From the NCBI GenBank assembly GCA_024508855.1, contig JANINJ010000006.1, forward strand, positions 38,301 to 102,300: a stretch of DNA of 64,000 nt, given 5' to 3'. Position 1 is the stretch's first letter. Every line of letters begins with the position of its first letter. Under the pieces are notes generated by a model. That model saw only the letters and a list, made by a program, of their open reading frames with translations, searched no databases and was not told the DNA's origin. The stretch is from Xanthobacteraceae bacterium. Lineage in GTDB: Bacteria; Pseudomonadota; Alphaproteobacteria; Rhizobiales; Xanthobacteraceae. This document shows positions 1 to 9,354 of the stretch, piece after piece. The position numbers and the translations under genes are program-made.

Positions 1-240
1 CCACGCGGCGCGCGGATCGAGCCCAAGGCCGCCATAGAGGCTTGGCTGAGTGATGCGAAACAGCCCTTCCGCCACCAGCCGCTCCACCACTTCCGGCGTC
101 AGGCTACGCCGCTGCTCGATTTCGACCGCCTTGCTGCGCAGCCATTCCTGCATATGGGCCGCATTGGTGACGACGGCAGCAGCGCCGTTGCTGCCCTCTC
201 TCGATCGGTCATCTGCTTGCGCAAGTGCCATTGACGCCAT
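1..240 (-). CDS. Acyl-CoA-dehydrogenase-fold flavin-dependent monooxygenase, oxygenase component (5' end only; gene runs off the window)
   Basis: Not in the ORF track because it is open at the window edge. Minus-strand reading from ATG 240..238 (alt ATG 231..229) gives 80 codons with no stop: MASMALAQADDRSREGSNGAAAVVTNAAHMQEWLRSKAVEIEQRRSLTPEVVERLVAEGLFRITQPSLYGGLGLDPRAAW. The R.L.PEVV..L.E.GLFR...P..YGG pattern is typical of N-termini of HsaA/HpaH-C2/DszC-type two-component monooxygenases (recognised from memory). A flavin reductase gene lies 0.8 kb away. Confidence 0.5.
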   Translation of the reverse strand, partial: MASMALAQADDRSREGSNGAAAVVTNAAHMQEWLRSKAVEIEQRRSLTPEVVERLVAEGLFRITQPSLYGGLGLDPRAAW

Positions 241-368
241 CGGCTCCATCCGAAAAACTCATGCTGATGACGCTAGCCCAGCCGATTTTCGCCGGGCTGT
301 ATCGCCCTATACGAGATGGCACATCTTTTCCGTTCAATCTGGGATTCATGACCCGGACCACGCATGAC

Positions 369-1031
369 ATGACGAAAAAGAAACTCGGCACATGGCGCAT
401 CGACCGTCAGCTCGTCGAACAGATCAGCCGACATGCCGCCTATGGCCGCCGCCGCAAGTTCAAGAAGAACGCCGTGCTCTATGAGCAGGGTGAAATCTCG
501 ACGCGGTTCTATTTCGTGCTCAAGGGACTGGTACAGATCTCGATCTTCCGTGCGGATGGCTCCGAGGTGGTGCTCGAACTAATGGGGCCGGAAACCATCT
601 GCGGCGAAGGCTCCGCGTTCGACGGCCTGCCGCGTTTTTCCAGCGCCGCTGCTGTGGAAGACACCGAGGCGATCGAGTTCGATACTTCGAAGATGACCGA
701 GATTTTCCGCTCCCATCCGGAGTTCGCGACGTCGCTGCTGCGTGTGACCAGCCTGAAGCAGCGTGTGGTCGCAATCCGCCTCAAACACCTCGCATCACGC
801 GAGCCTCAGGACCGCATCATGGAACTGCTGACACGCCTCGAGGAAATGTTTGCGATCGACCACCCGAAGGGGCGACTGCTGGTCACTCACGTTACGCACG
901 AACAGATCGCAACCATGACCGGCACCTCACGCGTGACCGTCACGCGCACGTTGCATCGACTGCGCGAGCAGAATCGCATCGACATCGTCGACGGACATAT
1001 CCTGCTCAAGCGCCGAGCTACTGCTGGCTGA
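369..1031 (+). CDS. Crp/Fnr-family transcriptional regulator (paralogue 1)
   Basis: ORF 225..1031 trimmed to ATG 369 (MTKKKLGTW...). It has a cNMP-binding-like beta-barrel (RFYFVLKGLVQISIFRADGSEVVLELMGPETICGEGSAFDG) and a C-terminal wHTH (THEQIATMTGTSRVTVTRTLHRLREQ). There is no N-terminal Cys cluster. Confidence 0.85.
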   Translation: MTKKKLGTWRIDRQLVEQISRHAAYGRRRKFKKNAVLYEQGEISTRFYFVLKGLVQISIFRADGSEVVLELMGPETICGEGSAFDGLPRFSSAAAVEDTEAIEFDTSKMTEIFRSHPEFATSLLRVTSLKQRVVAIRLKHLASREPQDRIMELLTRLEEMFAIDHPKGRLLVTHVTHEQIATMTGTSRVTVTRTLHRLREQNRIDIVDGHILLKRRATAG

Positions 1032-1040
1032 AGCGATGAC

Positions 1041-1562
1041 CTATCCGCACGCGCCGAGCGGATGCGGCCGCATCACGCTGTAACGCCCCTCGTGATAGAG
1101 CAGTGGATGTTTTGCCGTTGCAGGGCCGACAATCTCCCGCACGGCACCAACAATGATGGTGTGGTCACCACCCGGATAGGTGCTGGCGACATCGCAGAAC
1201 ATTGCCGCGTTGCAGTCCGGAATCGTAAACCAGTCCAAGTACCGATGGCACGCACTCGCATTCCAACCTTCCGCCCGCCCCGCGAAGTAACCGGAGATAT
1301 GTTGTTGTGCATCCGAAAGAATGTTGACAGAAAACGAACCACGCGTGATCACCGCCTGACCGGTGCGGCTTTCGTTGCGGGCGCAGAACAGCAGAAGTGG
1401 CGGATCGAGGCTGAGCGATGTCAGCGAGTTGACCGTGAGGCCGATCGGTCCTTCTTCGCCAGCTGTCAGCACCACCGCGACACCGGTGGCGAACCGCCCC
1501 ATCAGGCGGCGAAACGTCAAGGCAGCAGCATCGATCATCCGCAATCGTCCCGGTCGTTGCAT
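1041..1562 (-). CDS. Flavin reductase (HpaC/RutF-like, Flavin_Reduct domain)
   Basis: ORF 1041..1724 trimmed to ATG 1562 (alt ATG 1538) so that it clears the upstream Crp gene. Core: FRRLMGRFATGVAVVLT...GLTVNSLTSLSLDPPLLLFC...GDHTIIVGAVREI. Confidence 0.8.
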   Translation of the reverse strand: MQRPGRLRMIDAAALTFRRLMGRFATGVAVVLTAGEEGPIGLTVNSLTSLSLDPPLLLFCARNESRTGQAVITRGSFSVNILSDAQQHISGYFAGRAEGWNASACHRYLDWFTIPDCNAAMFCDVASTYPGGDHTIIVGAVREIVGPATAKHPLLYHEGRYSVMRPHPLGACG

Positions 1563-1635
1563 CGACCGGGAGCATGGCGGATTGTTTCGAAGAATGCCGT
1601 ATCGCGGTACACAGGCTCGCGTATTGCGGGAAATA

Positions 1636-2334
1636 TCAGGCCTGCACGCGTGCACCGTCGCCAAGACCGTAACACGGCGACCGTACCAGCTCGTAATTGC
1701 CGCGCTTGCACCGCACAGCGCCATCGCGCCTCAACTTCTGCATCGCCCGCGTCACGGTGATACGCGAGGCCCCGATCAGATTGGCGATCTGCTGATGAGT
1801 CAGAACGATAGTCGGCGATTCGGGCGTCGTGATCTGCGACAGCAGTTCGGTGATCCGGCCCTCGGGCGAAGCTTGAGTCACCTGCGCGAGACGCGTCGCC
1901 AGCATACGCTGCTTGAGTGCAATGGTCTGCACCACGAGCGGCGCGAGTCCGGCGTGGCCGGACATCAGCTTGCAGAAATCAGTGGCCGGGATCACGAGAA
2001 CCTCGCAATCCTCCAGCGCATTGGCACTGGAAAATCGTGGCAGACCATCGAAGGCGGCACCTTCGCCGCACAGCGCACCTGCACCCACAATGTCGATCAG
2101 CAACTCTTGTCCGTCGGCACGCAGCATCGTGATGCCGATGCGACCCGATATCACAACGAACACCTGATCGCTCACTTCATCCTGCCGATAAAGCGCGCAT
2201 CCCTTCGGATATCTACGGCGCATCAAGGCCGGTGCGAGACCTAGAAGATACGCCAGCATCGCTTGCGGAACGCGCAGCGTTTCGCTCACTCCCGGACGCA
2301 TGAGTTTGGATACCGTGTCCTGCATCCGGGACAT
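1636..2334 (-). CDS. Crp/Fnr-family transcriptional regulator (paralogue 2)
   Basis: 232-aa ORF with the same architecture as 369..1031. It shares the block CGEG(A/S)AFDGLPRFSSA and has the HTH THQQIANLIGASRITVTRAMQKLRRD. No FNR-type Cys cluster. Confidence 0.85.
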   Translation of the reverse strand: MSRMQDTVSKLMRPGVSETLRVPQAMLAYLLGLAPALMRRRYPKGCALYRQDEVSDQVFVVISGRIGITMLRADGQELLIDIVGAGALCGEGAAFDGLPRFSSANALEDCEVLVIPATDFCKLMSGHAGLAPLVVQTIALKQRMLATRLAQVTQASPEGRITELLSQITTPESPTIVLTHQQIANLIGASRITVTRAMQKLRRDGAVRCKRGNYELVRSPCYGLGDGARVQA

Positions 2335-2404
2335 TCTGTCACTCCTCGAACAAAGGGTCGGCGGATCAATACCAGGCGGCCGACAATACGCAGTCGCCGT
2401 TATA

Positions 2405-3331
2405 TCATCCCGCCGTGGTGCGCAGCCACAGCGTCATGGCCTCATGCTCGGCCTGGGCGGCTTCGCATAGCGCCCTTGCGCGCACAAAGCCGTGAATGAG
2501 CCCGAGACCGGGGCGAAACGTCACAGGAACGCCGGCCGATTTCAGATGCTCCGCATAGGCATGACCGTCGTCACGCAGCGGATCATGTTCGGCAACCACA
2601 ATGAAGGCAGGCGGCAGATTGGAGAGATTGTCGCATCGCATCGGCACCGCAAGCGGGTTCTGACGCTGCCCCGCATCTGGGCAATACTGGTTCCAGAACC
2701 AGACCATCTCGACCGCCTTCAGGTAAGGCGCTTCGGCTTCGCTGCGATAGGATCCGCGTTCGAAATCGGTGTCCACACACGGATAAAGCAGCAATTGCCC
2801 TCGCAGCCGCAAGGGACTGTCGCGGAAGGCAAGGGTCATCGCGGCAGCGAGATTCCCGCCGGCGGAGTCGCCGCCAACAAAGATAGCGGTCGGGTCCACG
2901 CCCATTGCGCCGGCATTGGCGAAGGTCCAGGCGACAACGGCACGACAATCTTCCATCGGCCCGGGAAACGGATGCTCTGGCGCGCGAGCATAATCCACGC
3001 TGATCACCACGCAGGGCGTATCCGCAGCAATTGCCGCGGTGATGGAATCGTGACTATCGATACTGCCGATCACCCACCCGCCGCCGTGCATGTAGATCAG
3101 CGCGGGCAGCGGCTTGGGCGCGTGCGGACGATAGATGCGGACACGCACCGGCCGCGGACCATCGATCACCCGGGTCTCGACCTCGAGTCCATCGGGATAA
3201 GGCGTGCGCGCTGCGGCCGACAGCCGCTCGACGCGATCGCGCCAGGCATCGATCGGTAACGACAGCACCGGCTCCGGCCACGCCTCCTCCAGCCGCGCGA
3301 TGAAGGGAGCAAGCTGCGGATCAATAGCCAT
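2405..3331 (-). CDS. Alpha/beta hydrolase, Abhydrolase_3 (HSL/arylformamidase-like esterase or deformylase)
   Basis: ORF 2405..3529 trimmed to ATG 3331 (MAIDPQLAPF...), 32 nt after the upstream stop. It has the oxyanion motif HGGGW (IYMHGGGWVIGS), the nucleophile elbow GDSAGG, and a C-terminal DPLRDD...H. Confidence 0.8.
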   Translation of the reverse strand: MAIDPQLAPFIARLEEAWPEPVLSLPIDAWRDRVERLSAAARTPYPDGLEVETRVIDGPRPVRVRIYRPHAPKPLPALIYMHGGGWVIGSIDSHDSITAAIAADTPCVVISVDYARAPEHPFPGPMEDCRAVVAWTFANAGAMGVDPTAIFVGGDSAGGNLAAAMTLAFRDSPLRLRGQLLLYPCVDTDFERGSYRSEAEAPYLKAVEMVWFWNQYCPDAGQRQNPLAVPMRCDNLSNLPPAFIVVAEHDPLRDDGHAYAEHLKSAGVPVTFRPGLGLIHGFVRARALCEAAQAEHEAMTLWLRTTAG

Positions 3332-3363
3332 GGGTGACGTATCCTGCGTGATAACCGATTGAA

Positions 3364-5034
3364 CTAGATACTGCCGTGAACGAATTTTCCGCCGACCATG
3401 GTGGCAAGGCAGGACAGCGTTTCCAGCTCCTCGCCCGGCATGGTGAGTGGACAGCCGCTGAGCACCGTGAGGTCGGCAAAATAACCCGGGGCGATCCGCC
3501 CCTTGACGTTTTCCTCGAACGAAAACCACGCGCCGTTCTGCGTCATCGCGCGCAGCGCAAGTTCGGCGGTGGTCCGTCCGCCCGCGCCCAGCACTTCGCC
3601 GGTGGTGCGCTCACGGCGGGTGCGCATCGCCCGCATAGTCGCCAACGGATTGAAAGGGCTGTTATCGGTGCCGCACGCCACCGGCACGCCGAGCGCGTCG
3701 AGCTGCGCCGTCGGCGACACCAACTCGCGATCAGCTTCGGACAATGGGAAAAAGCGGGTGCCGACTTTCCAGACGTGATAATCCGGAATCAGGGTAACGC
3801 CGATGCCAAGCGCCTTGAGGCGCGCAAGATCGGATGCCGATGCATGACTCATGTGCTCCACCACCCAGCGGCGGCGTGAAATGTCGTGAACCGCATGCAC
3901 GCGTTCGAAGATCGGCAGCAATTCGCACAGCTTGTCGACGGCGATGGTGTGAATACGTAAATCATGCGCGGCCGTGCGCATGCACAGCTTTTCGAAGTCA
4001 TCCGGCTCATTGGCGTGCTTGATGTAACATGACCAGCCGAGATCGGCCGGATCGATCCGCGCGGCGCGGGCCGCCGTCGGCTCGCCGCCATAACCGACAA
4101 AAATGCCGCCGATGCGGAGCGTGGCGTCGCCAATTCCAGCCCCGCGCGCATGCGACAGCCAATCGCGCATCATCAGTTCGGCTTCCTCGCACGTCGTCCA
4201 GGTCGGACTGACGACGAGATGCATGCGCATGGTCAGCTCGTTCGCCTGCCATAGATCGCGATAAGCATTGATGACTTCGGGCGCGCAGCCGTGACCTTCA
4301 TAAACGCTGGTGGTTCCGACAGCATGATAGGCGCGCACCGAACGCAGGATGCCGTCCCGGCGGTCCTTTGGTGAAAAACGTGGCACGGCCGGCAATAACG
4401 CGATCTGGGCGGAATCCGGATAGTTATGCTCGACGATCACGCCGGTCAGTTCGCCCGCGGCGTCGCGCTCCAGTTCGACGCCTTCGACCGGCGACGTGGA
4501 ATTCCGGTCCAACCCGTTCGCTTTGAGCGCGAGCGAATTGAGCGCGGTGCAACACGGCAACAGGCTCCAGTAGCCGGACGGCGGCAGGATGCAGACGGGA
4601 TGATCCGGCGCCACACGGTCAAGCTCGGCGCGCGTCGGCATCCGTCCTTCCTTCAGGACCGAAGGGCCGCCGAAATAGAACGGTGCGTCGCCCACCGGCA
4701 TGGTGACGATCCACTCGCCGCGTGGCGTTTCGCGGGCGAGTCCTGCAATCCGCGCCAGCACATCGGCAATGCTGCGGACATGGCCAAGCGAGGGGAAACG
4801 GTCGCGTAGCCCCTCCGTATCCAGATGCGCGTGAGCATCATTGAAACCGGGAATGATCGTGCCGTCGGTTTCGGTGATGCGCGTAGCCGTTCCTTTCAGA
4901 TCCAGAATCGCACGGCGATCTCCGACGGCAACGATGTGGCCGTCCTGAACTGCAACGGCTTCGGCAATGCGCCCGCTCTCATCGAGAGTAATAACCCGTC
5001 CGGTAAGGATATGGTCGATGTCACGCCGGCTCAT
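3364..5034 (-). CDS. Amidohydro_3 (YtcJ/NfdA-like) metal-dependent amidohydrolase
   Basis: ORF 3364..5061 trimmed to ATG 5034 (MSRRDIDHILTG...). It has the metal motif PGFNDAHAHLD after an N-terminal beta-sandwich. The ~556-aa size is typical of this family. The start overlaps the LivM-like stop by 14 nt. Confidence 0.8.
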   Translation of the reverse strand: MSRRDIDHILTGRVITLDESGRIAEAVAVQDGHIVAVGDRRAILDLKGTATRITETDGTIIPGFNDAHAHLDTEGLRDRFPSLGHVRSIADVLARIAGLARETPRGEWIVTMPVGDAPFYFGGPSVLKEGRMPTRAELDRVAPDHPVCILPPSGYWSLLPCCTALNSLALKANGLDRNSTSPVEGVELERDAAGELTGVIVEHNYPDSAQIALLPAVPRFSPKDRRDGILRSVRAYHAVGTTSVYEGHGCAPEVINAYRDLWQANELTMRMHLVVSPTWTTCEEAELMMRDWLSHARGAGIGDATLRIGGIFVGYGGEPTAARAARIDPADLGWSCYIKHANEPDDFEKLCMRTAAHDLRIHTIAVDKLCELLPIFERVHAVHDISRRRWVVEHMSHASASDLARLKALGIGVTLIPDYHVWKVGTRFFPLSEADRELVSPTAQLDALGVPVACGTDNSPFNPLATMRAMRTRRERTTGEVLGAGGRTTAELALRAMTQNGAWFSFEENVKGRIAPGYFADLTVLSGCPLTMPGEELETLSCLATMVGGKFVHGSI

Positions 5035-6061
5035 TTTGTGCACTCCCCACAGGCGCCACAACCGATCGTTTCGCGCTGGCTCCCTCTACCCAACCCAGTC
5101 GCGCACGGATAAACAGCCGTTCGCTCAGTCCGCCGATGCCCGCGGGTATCGCCACCAGCGTCAGGATCAGCGCGCAACCGAACACGAGGCCGCCGAGCGA
5201 GACGTCGATATCGCTAGCCCAGACCGGTACGAACTGGATGAACATGGCACCGACGATGGCGCCGTTGAGCGACGTGATCCCGCCCACCACAGCTCCGACG
5301 AACAGGCTGAGGCTCATCATCACGTTGAACGTATCCGGCGACACGAAGCCGACGATCATGGCATAGAGTGAACCCGCAACCCCCGCATAGAGGCTGCTCA
5401 TCGCGAAGGTCGCGGTCGTCAACGTTGCGCGATCGACGCCCATCACGGCACCGACGAGTTGATTGTCGCGTGCTGCCACCAGCGCCCGCCGCAGCGGTCC
5501 CGACAGAATGCGGCGGGCAATCACGTAGAGAACAGCAGCAACGGCAAGCGATACGAAATAGATCCACTGCGAATCGTCGATCGGAAGAAATGCAGGCGCT
5601 TCGGGATTTCCGACGTTGAGCCCCTGGACGCCGCCGGTAAATCCTTCAAATCGCTTGAGCACCGGCGGCACCGTGATCGAAAGCACCAGCGTTCCCAATG
5701 CCAGATAGAGTCCCTGCAACCGCAATGCCGGAAATCCGAGACACCAGCCGGCGACCCAGCTCAGCGCGGCCGAGACCGGAATGGTCGCATAGGGATTCCA
5801 GCCATATCGCACCACCAGAATCGCGGTGGTGTAAGAGCCGAGCGCAACGAATGCTGCATGGCCGAGCGTGATGGCGCCGCCAAAACCCGTCACCAGATTG
5901 ATGCCGACGATGGCAATTGCGAATACCAGCACCGTCGCGAACTGGCTGACCAGATAGTTCGGAATGACGAACGGAATGACGTAGAGAAACACAACGGCGA
6001 GCGCGGCACCCACGATCGCACGGACCGCGATCGGCAATCTCGGTTTGATGACAACGTTCAT
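5021..6061 (-). CDS. HAAT-family ABC transporter permease (LivM-like)
   Basis: Only the C-terminal 346 codons of ORF 5021..6775 are credible. ATG 6061 (MNVVIKPRLPIAVRAIV...) overlaps the LivH-like stop as ATGA. The protein is multi-TM with the block GFGGAITLGHAAFVALGSYT. Confidence 0.85.
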   Translation of the reverse strand: MNVVIKPRLPIAVRAIVGAALAVVFLYVIPFVIPNYLVSQFATVLVFAIAIVGINLVTGFGGAITLGHAAFVALGSYTTAILVVRYGWNPYATIPVSAALSWVAGWCLGFPALRLQGLYLALGTLVLSITVPPVLKRFEGFTGGVQGLNVGNPEAPAFLPIDDSQWIYFVSLAVAAVLYVIARRILSGPLRRALVAARDNQLVGAVMGVDRATLTTATFAMSSLYAGVAGSLYAMIVGFVSPDTFNVMMSLSLFVGAVVGGITSLNGAIVGAMFIQFVPVWASDIDVSLGGLVFGCALILTLVAIPAGIGGLSERLFIRARLGWVEGASAKRSVVAPVGSAQNEPA

Positions 6062-6939
6062 AACCGCACGACCTTCTTCCGACCGAACAAACCGTCCGGC
6101 TTGATCAGCAGCGTCCCGAAAATCAGGACCAGCGCCACGATGATCTTGAGATCGGGACCGATCCAGGGGACGTAGGTACCGACCAGATTCTCGACCACGC
6201 CCACCAGAAGACCGCCGACAACCGCGCCGACGATACTGTCGAATCCGCCAAGCGTCGCCGCGGCGAACGCGTAGATGATCACGCCGAACATCATCGTTGG
6301 ATTCAGAAATACGCGCGGCGCGACCAGAATGCCCGACAGCGCCCCGAGCGCAGCCGCGATGCCCCAGCCGATCAAAAGCATCACCGGCACCGATACGCCC
6401 ACCAGAACAGCTGAATCCGGTGTCGAGGCCGCACCGCGCATCGCCAGTCCCACCTTGGTGGTCTCGAACAACAGATAGAGCAGCAACAAGACAAGACCGA
6501 CCACGACGATGATTCCGGCGGTTTCCGCCGAAACGCTGAACGAGCCGAACTGAAGATGAGCTTTGGGAAACAGGCTCGGAAGCGGCTTGATGGTGTAAGT
6601 CCAGATAAATCCGGCCAGGCTGTTGAGCGCTAGATACAATCCGATCAGAACGCTGACGACCGTCAACAGGCTGGCATGCGACAGCGGCTTCACGATGGAA
6701 GCGTAAAGCAATGTGCCCGCGATGAACGAAACAACGATACTGACGAGCACCGCCGGAATCAGCGGCAGCCCCCATGCCATCAACTGCCAGACGAGATAGG
6801 CCGAAAGCATCGCCATTTCGCCCTGAGCGAAGTTTACGATACCGGTCGAGCGATAACTGAAAACGAGGGCGAGCGCGAGCGACGCGTAGATCGCGCCGTC
6901 GGCAAGACCGTCGACAATCTGGCTGGCGAAGAGCGTCAT
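6058..6939 (-). CDS. HAAT-family ABC transporter permease (LivH-like)
   Basis: 293 aa, multi-TM (MTLFASQIVDGLADGAIYASLALALVFSYRSTGIVNFAQGE...). It has 4-nt overlaps at both ends. Confidence 0.9.
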   Translation of the reverse strand: MTLFASQIVDGLADGAIYASLALALVFSYRSTGIVNFAQGEMAMLSAYLVWQLMAWGLPLIPAVLVSIVVSFIAGTLLYASIVKPLSHASLLTVVSVLIGLYLALNSLAGFIWTYTIKPLPSLFPKAHLQFGSFSVSAETAGIIVVVGLVLLLLYLLFETTKVGLAMRGAASTPDSAVLVGVSVPVMLLIGWGIAAALGALSGILVAPRVFLNPTMMFGVIIYAFAAATLGGFDSIVGAVVGGLLVGVVENLVGTYVPWIGPDLKIIVALVLIFGTLLIKPDGLFGRKKVVRL

Positions 6940-7646
6940 TCGTACCCCAAATAGATGCGTCGGACTTCGTCGTTGCCTGCGAGGCTCTGCGCGGAATCGC
7001 GTAGCACGATCTGCCCGCTCTCCAGAACGACTCCGGAATCTGCCACTTCGAGTGCGAGATTTGCGCTCTGTTCGACGATCAGCATCGTCATGCCGGTCTC
7101 TTCGCGGATCGCGGCAAGCGTTCTGAACAGCCCCTGCGTGATGATGGGTGCGAGCCCGAGCGAAGGCTCGTCCAGCAACAGCAATCGGGGCCGCAGCATC
7201 AGGGCGCGTGTGATCGCCAGCATCTGCTGCTCACCGCCGGACAGGCTGCCGGCCTGCTGGGACAAGCGTTCGCGCAGCCGCGGGAAGAAGGTCAGCCAAC
7301 GTTCCCGATCCTGCCGCGCCTCCGCCACGGTGCGCAGATAAGCGCCGAGGCGGATGTTCTCGTCGACCGTGAGATCGGCGAAGGTGCCCCGCCCCTGTGG
7401 GACATGGGCAATGCCGGCAGCGACGATCTTTCGCGCGGAAAGCCGATCGATCGGCATGCCGCCGAACATGATCGTTCCCTGCCGGGCGATAGTGCCGGAG
7501 ATCGCACGCAGCAGCGTCGTCTTGCCTGCGCCATTGGCGCCCAGCACGACCTGGATCTGCCGCTCCTCGACATCGAGTTCGATATCGTGCAGCACGCTGC
7601 GCGCATCGTAGCCGGCCCGTATCTGCCTGAGGCTGAGAAGGCTCAT
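6936..7646 (-). CDS. HAAT-family ABC transporter ATP-binding protein (LivF-like)
   Basis: 236 aa with Walker A GANGAGKTTLL, signature LSGGEQQML and Walker B LLLLDEPS. Confidence 0.9.
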   Translation of the reverse strand: MSLLSLRQIRAGYDARSVLHDIELDVEERQIQVVLGANGAGKTTLLRAISGTIARQGTIMFGGMPIDRLSARKIVAAGIAHVPQGRGTFADLTVDENIRLGAYLRTVAEARQDRERWLTFFPRLRERLSQQAGSLSGGEQQMLAITRALMLRPRLLLLDEPSLGLAPIITQGLFRTLAAIREETGMTMLIVEQSANLALEVADSGVVLESGQIVLRDSAQSLAGNDEVRRIYLGYE

Positions 7647-8407
7647 GCCGCGGCCCCCAGATAAGCCGCGGCGACGTTTGGATCGGCCTTGACTTCAGAC
7701 GGCGTGCCATCGGCGATCTTGATGCCGTTCTCGAGTACCACGACGCGATCGGAAATACGCATCAGCATCCGCATGTGATGCTCGACCAGCAGGACCGTGA
7801 GACCATGCCGCTGCCGCACCCGAAGGATGACGTCGGACAATTCGTCGACTTCACCGTGCGACAGACCATTGGCCGGTTCGTCCAGCATCAGCAACCGCGG
7901 ATGCGAAATCAGAGCCCGCGCAAGCTCGATCCGCTTCAAGGTACCGAACGGCAAACCACCGGCCAGATGATCGGCAACCGCGGACAACCCGAGATCATGA
8001 AGGATGTCGCGCGCCTCATTCTCAATCGCAGCCGGATCGATTAACGCGCCTTTTGCGAAAATAGCGTTGACGAAACCCGGCCGTAGCCGATGATGGGCGC
8101 CCAGCAACACATTCTCCGTCACCGACATCGCGCCGAACAGGCCGACATTCTGCAGCGTCCGTGCAATGCCGAGCCCAATGATCCGGTTCGCCGGCAGCGC
8201 CGTGATATCCTGGCTGGCAAAATGGATCGAACCCTGGCTGACCTCGTAGACGCGGGAGATCGCGTTGAACAGGGTGGTTTTCCCGGCTCCGTTCGGGCCG
8301 ATCAATCCACAGATCGTGCCGTCTTCGACATCGAACGAGACGTCCTGCAGCGCGCGAACGCCACCGAACTGGATGCCGACATTGCGGACCTGAAGCAAGG
8401 CGGTCAT
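7643..8407 (-). CDS. HAAT-family ABC transporter ATP-binding protein (LivG-like)
   Basis: 254 aa with Walker [12 protein letters not shown] and Walker B LLMLDEPANGL. It has 4-nt overlaps with both neighbours. Confidence 0.9.
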   Translation of the reverse strand: MTALLQVRNVGIQFGGVRALQDVSFDVEDGTICGLIGPNGAGKTTLFNAISRVYEVSQGSIHFASQDITALPANRIIGLGIARTLQNVGLFGAMSVTENVLLGAHHRLRPGFVNAIFAKGALIDPAAIENEARDILHDLGLSAVADHLAGGLPFGTLKRIELARALISHPRLLMLDEPANGLSHGEVDELSDVILRVRQRHGLTVLLVEHHMRMLMRISDRVVVLENGIKIADGTPSEVKADPNVAAAYLGAAA

Positions 8408-9354
8408 GCGCCGCCCTCAAAGATCGCTTTCGGCATGCGCGCATGAATGCCGTTCACGCCATTGACGAGTTGGGTCACCAACAGATCGGCCTGCAGGGAA
8501 CACAACGCATAGGCGTCGGATCGCGTCATATCCTTGGTCTTCACCATCAGTTCAATCATGTCGAGCACCGCCAGCCGCGCGGCTTCGCGGAGATCTTCGT
8601 CCAGTCCCATGGTGATGAAGTACTCGCGGGTCTCGGCCCACGGGCGCACGATCGGCTCGCCCTTGACAACCGTCAGCCGAAGCTGCGCTGCAGTCATCGC
8701 GGTCTCCAGCGCGGTCTGCACCACCTCGCCGGAGCCCTGCGCCGCATGCGCATCACCTGCGTAAAAGCCCGCGCCTTCAACAAAAACCGGAAGATACAGA
8801 ACGCTACCCGCGACGAGATCGGCGCAATCGATATTGCCACCGAAATTGCCCGGGATGGCCGAACTGCGCGGCTCTTCATCTGGCGGCGGCAGCACACCCA
8901 TGATGCCGAGGAACGGGCGCAGTGGAATCCGGATATCCTTACCAAACCTGGTGGTCATGGTCCGCCGGTCGAGCTCGAAATGGCGCAACTCGGCATCCTG
9001 AAAGATATCATTCAGCAGACCGCGACTGCGTCCTCCAGGGAAGATCAGGTTGATGCCATGATCGGCAACCTCGAGGCTTTGAATTTCGACTTTCAAAACA
9101 TCGCCCGGTCGAGCCGTCTCGATGGCAATCGGTCCGGTGAGACTGTGCGGGCCGCGACCTTCGGTGCGAAACTTCTCACGCAGCGCCATCGCCCGCTCGA
9201 GATCGAGCGATGGCCCACCCGCATTGTCCCACATCGCCCAGGTGTCGAGAATCACTGTGTCGCCGGAGGCCACCGTGTGGACGGTCTTGGCCCCCGGATC
9301 GATGATCCCGCTCTGAACGGTCGATGCACAGGCTTTGAGAACGTGAGTCGCCAT
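8404..9354 (-). CDS. Acetamidase/formamidase-family (FmdA_AmdA) amidohydrolase
   Basis: ORF 8404..9693 trimmed to ATG 9354 (MATHVLKACASTV...), which overlaps the DUF1989 stop (ATGA). About 316 aa. Family-like blocks: GPHSLTGPIAIETARPGDVLKVEI, GGNIDCADLVAGSVLYLPV, AGDAHAAQGSGEV. The call is from motif memory. Confidence 0.75.
   Translation of the reverse strand: MATHVLKACASTVQSGIIDPGAKTVHTVASGDTVILDTWAMWDNAGGPSLDLERAMALREKFRTEGRGPHSLTGPIAIETARPGDVLKVEIQSLEVADHGINLIFPGGRSRGLLNDIFQDAELRHFELDRRTMTTRFGKDIRIPLRPFLGIMGVLPPPDEEPRSSAIPGNFGGNIDCADLVAGSVLYLPVFVEGAGFYAGDAHAAQGSGEVVQTALETAMTAAQLRLTVVKGEPIVRPWAETREYFITMGLDEDLREAARLAVLDMIELMVKTKDMTRSDAYALCSLQADLLVTQLVNGVNGIHARMPKAIFEGGA

Noticed and set aside
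369-2334. The Crp/Fnr paralogues as oxygen-sensing FNR/FixK-type regulators
   Set aside because: Neither has the N-terminal Cys cluster needed for an FNR Fe-S centre. No TTGAT-N4-ATCAA boxes were seen in the adjacent spacers. Their position inside a catabolic locus fits ligand-responsive members better.
6062-6775. N-terminal 238-codon extension of the LivM-like ORF (5021..6775)
   Set aside because: The extension overlaps the LivH-like gene out of frame and is Arg/Gly-rich nonsense. The ATG at 6061 gives a normal permease N-terminus and an ATGA junction.
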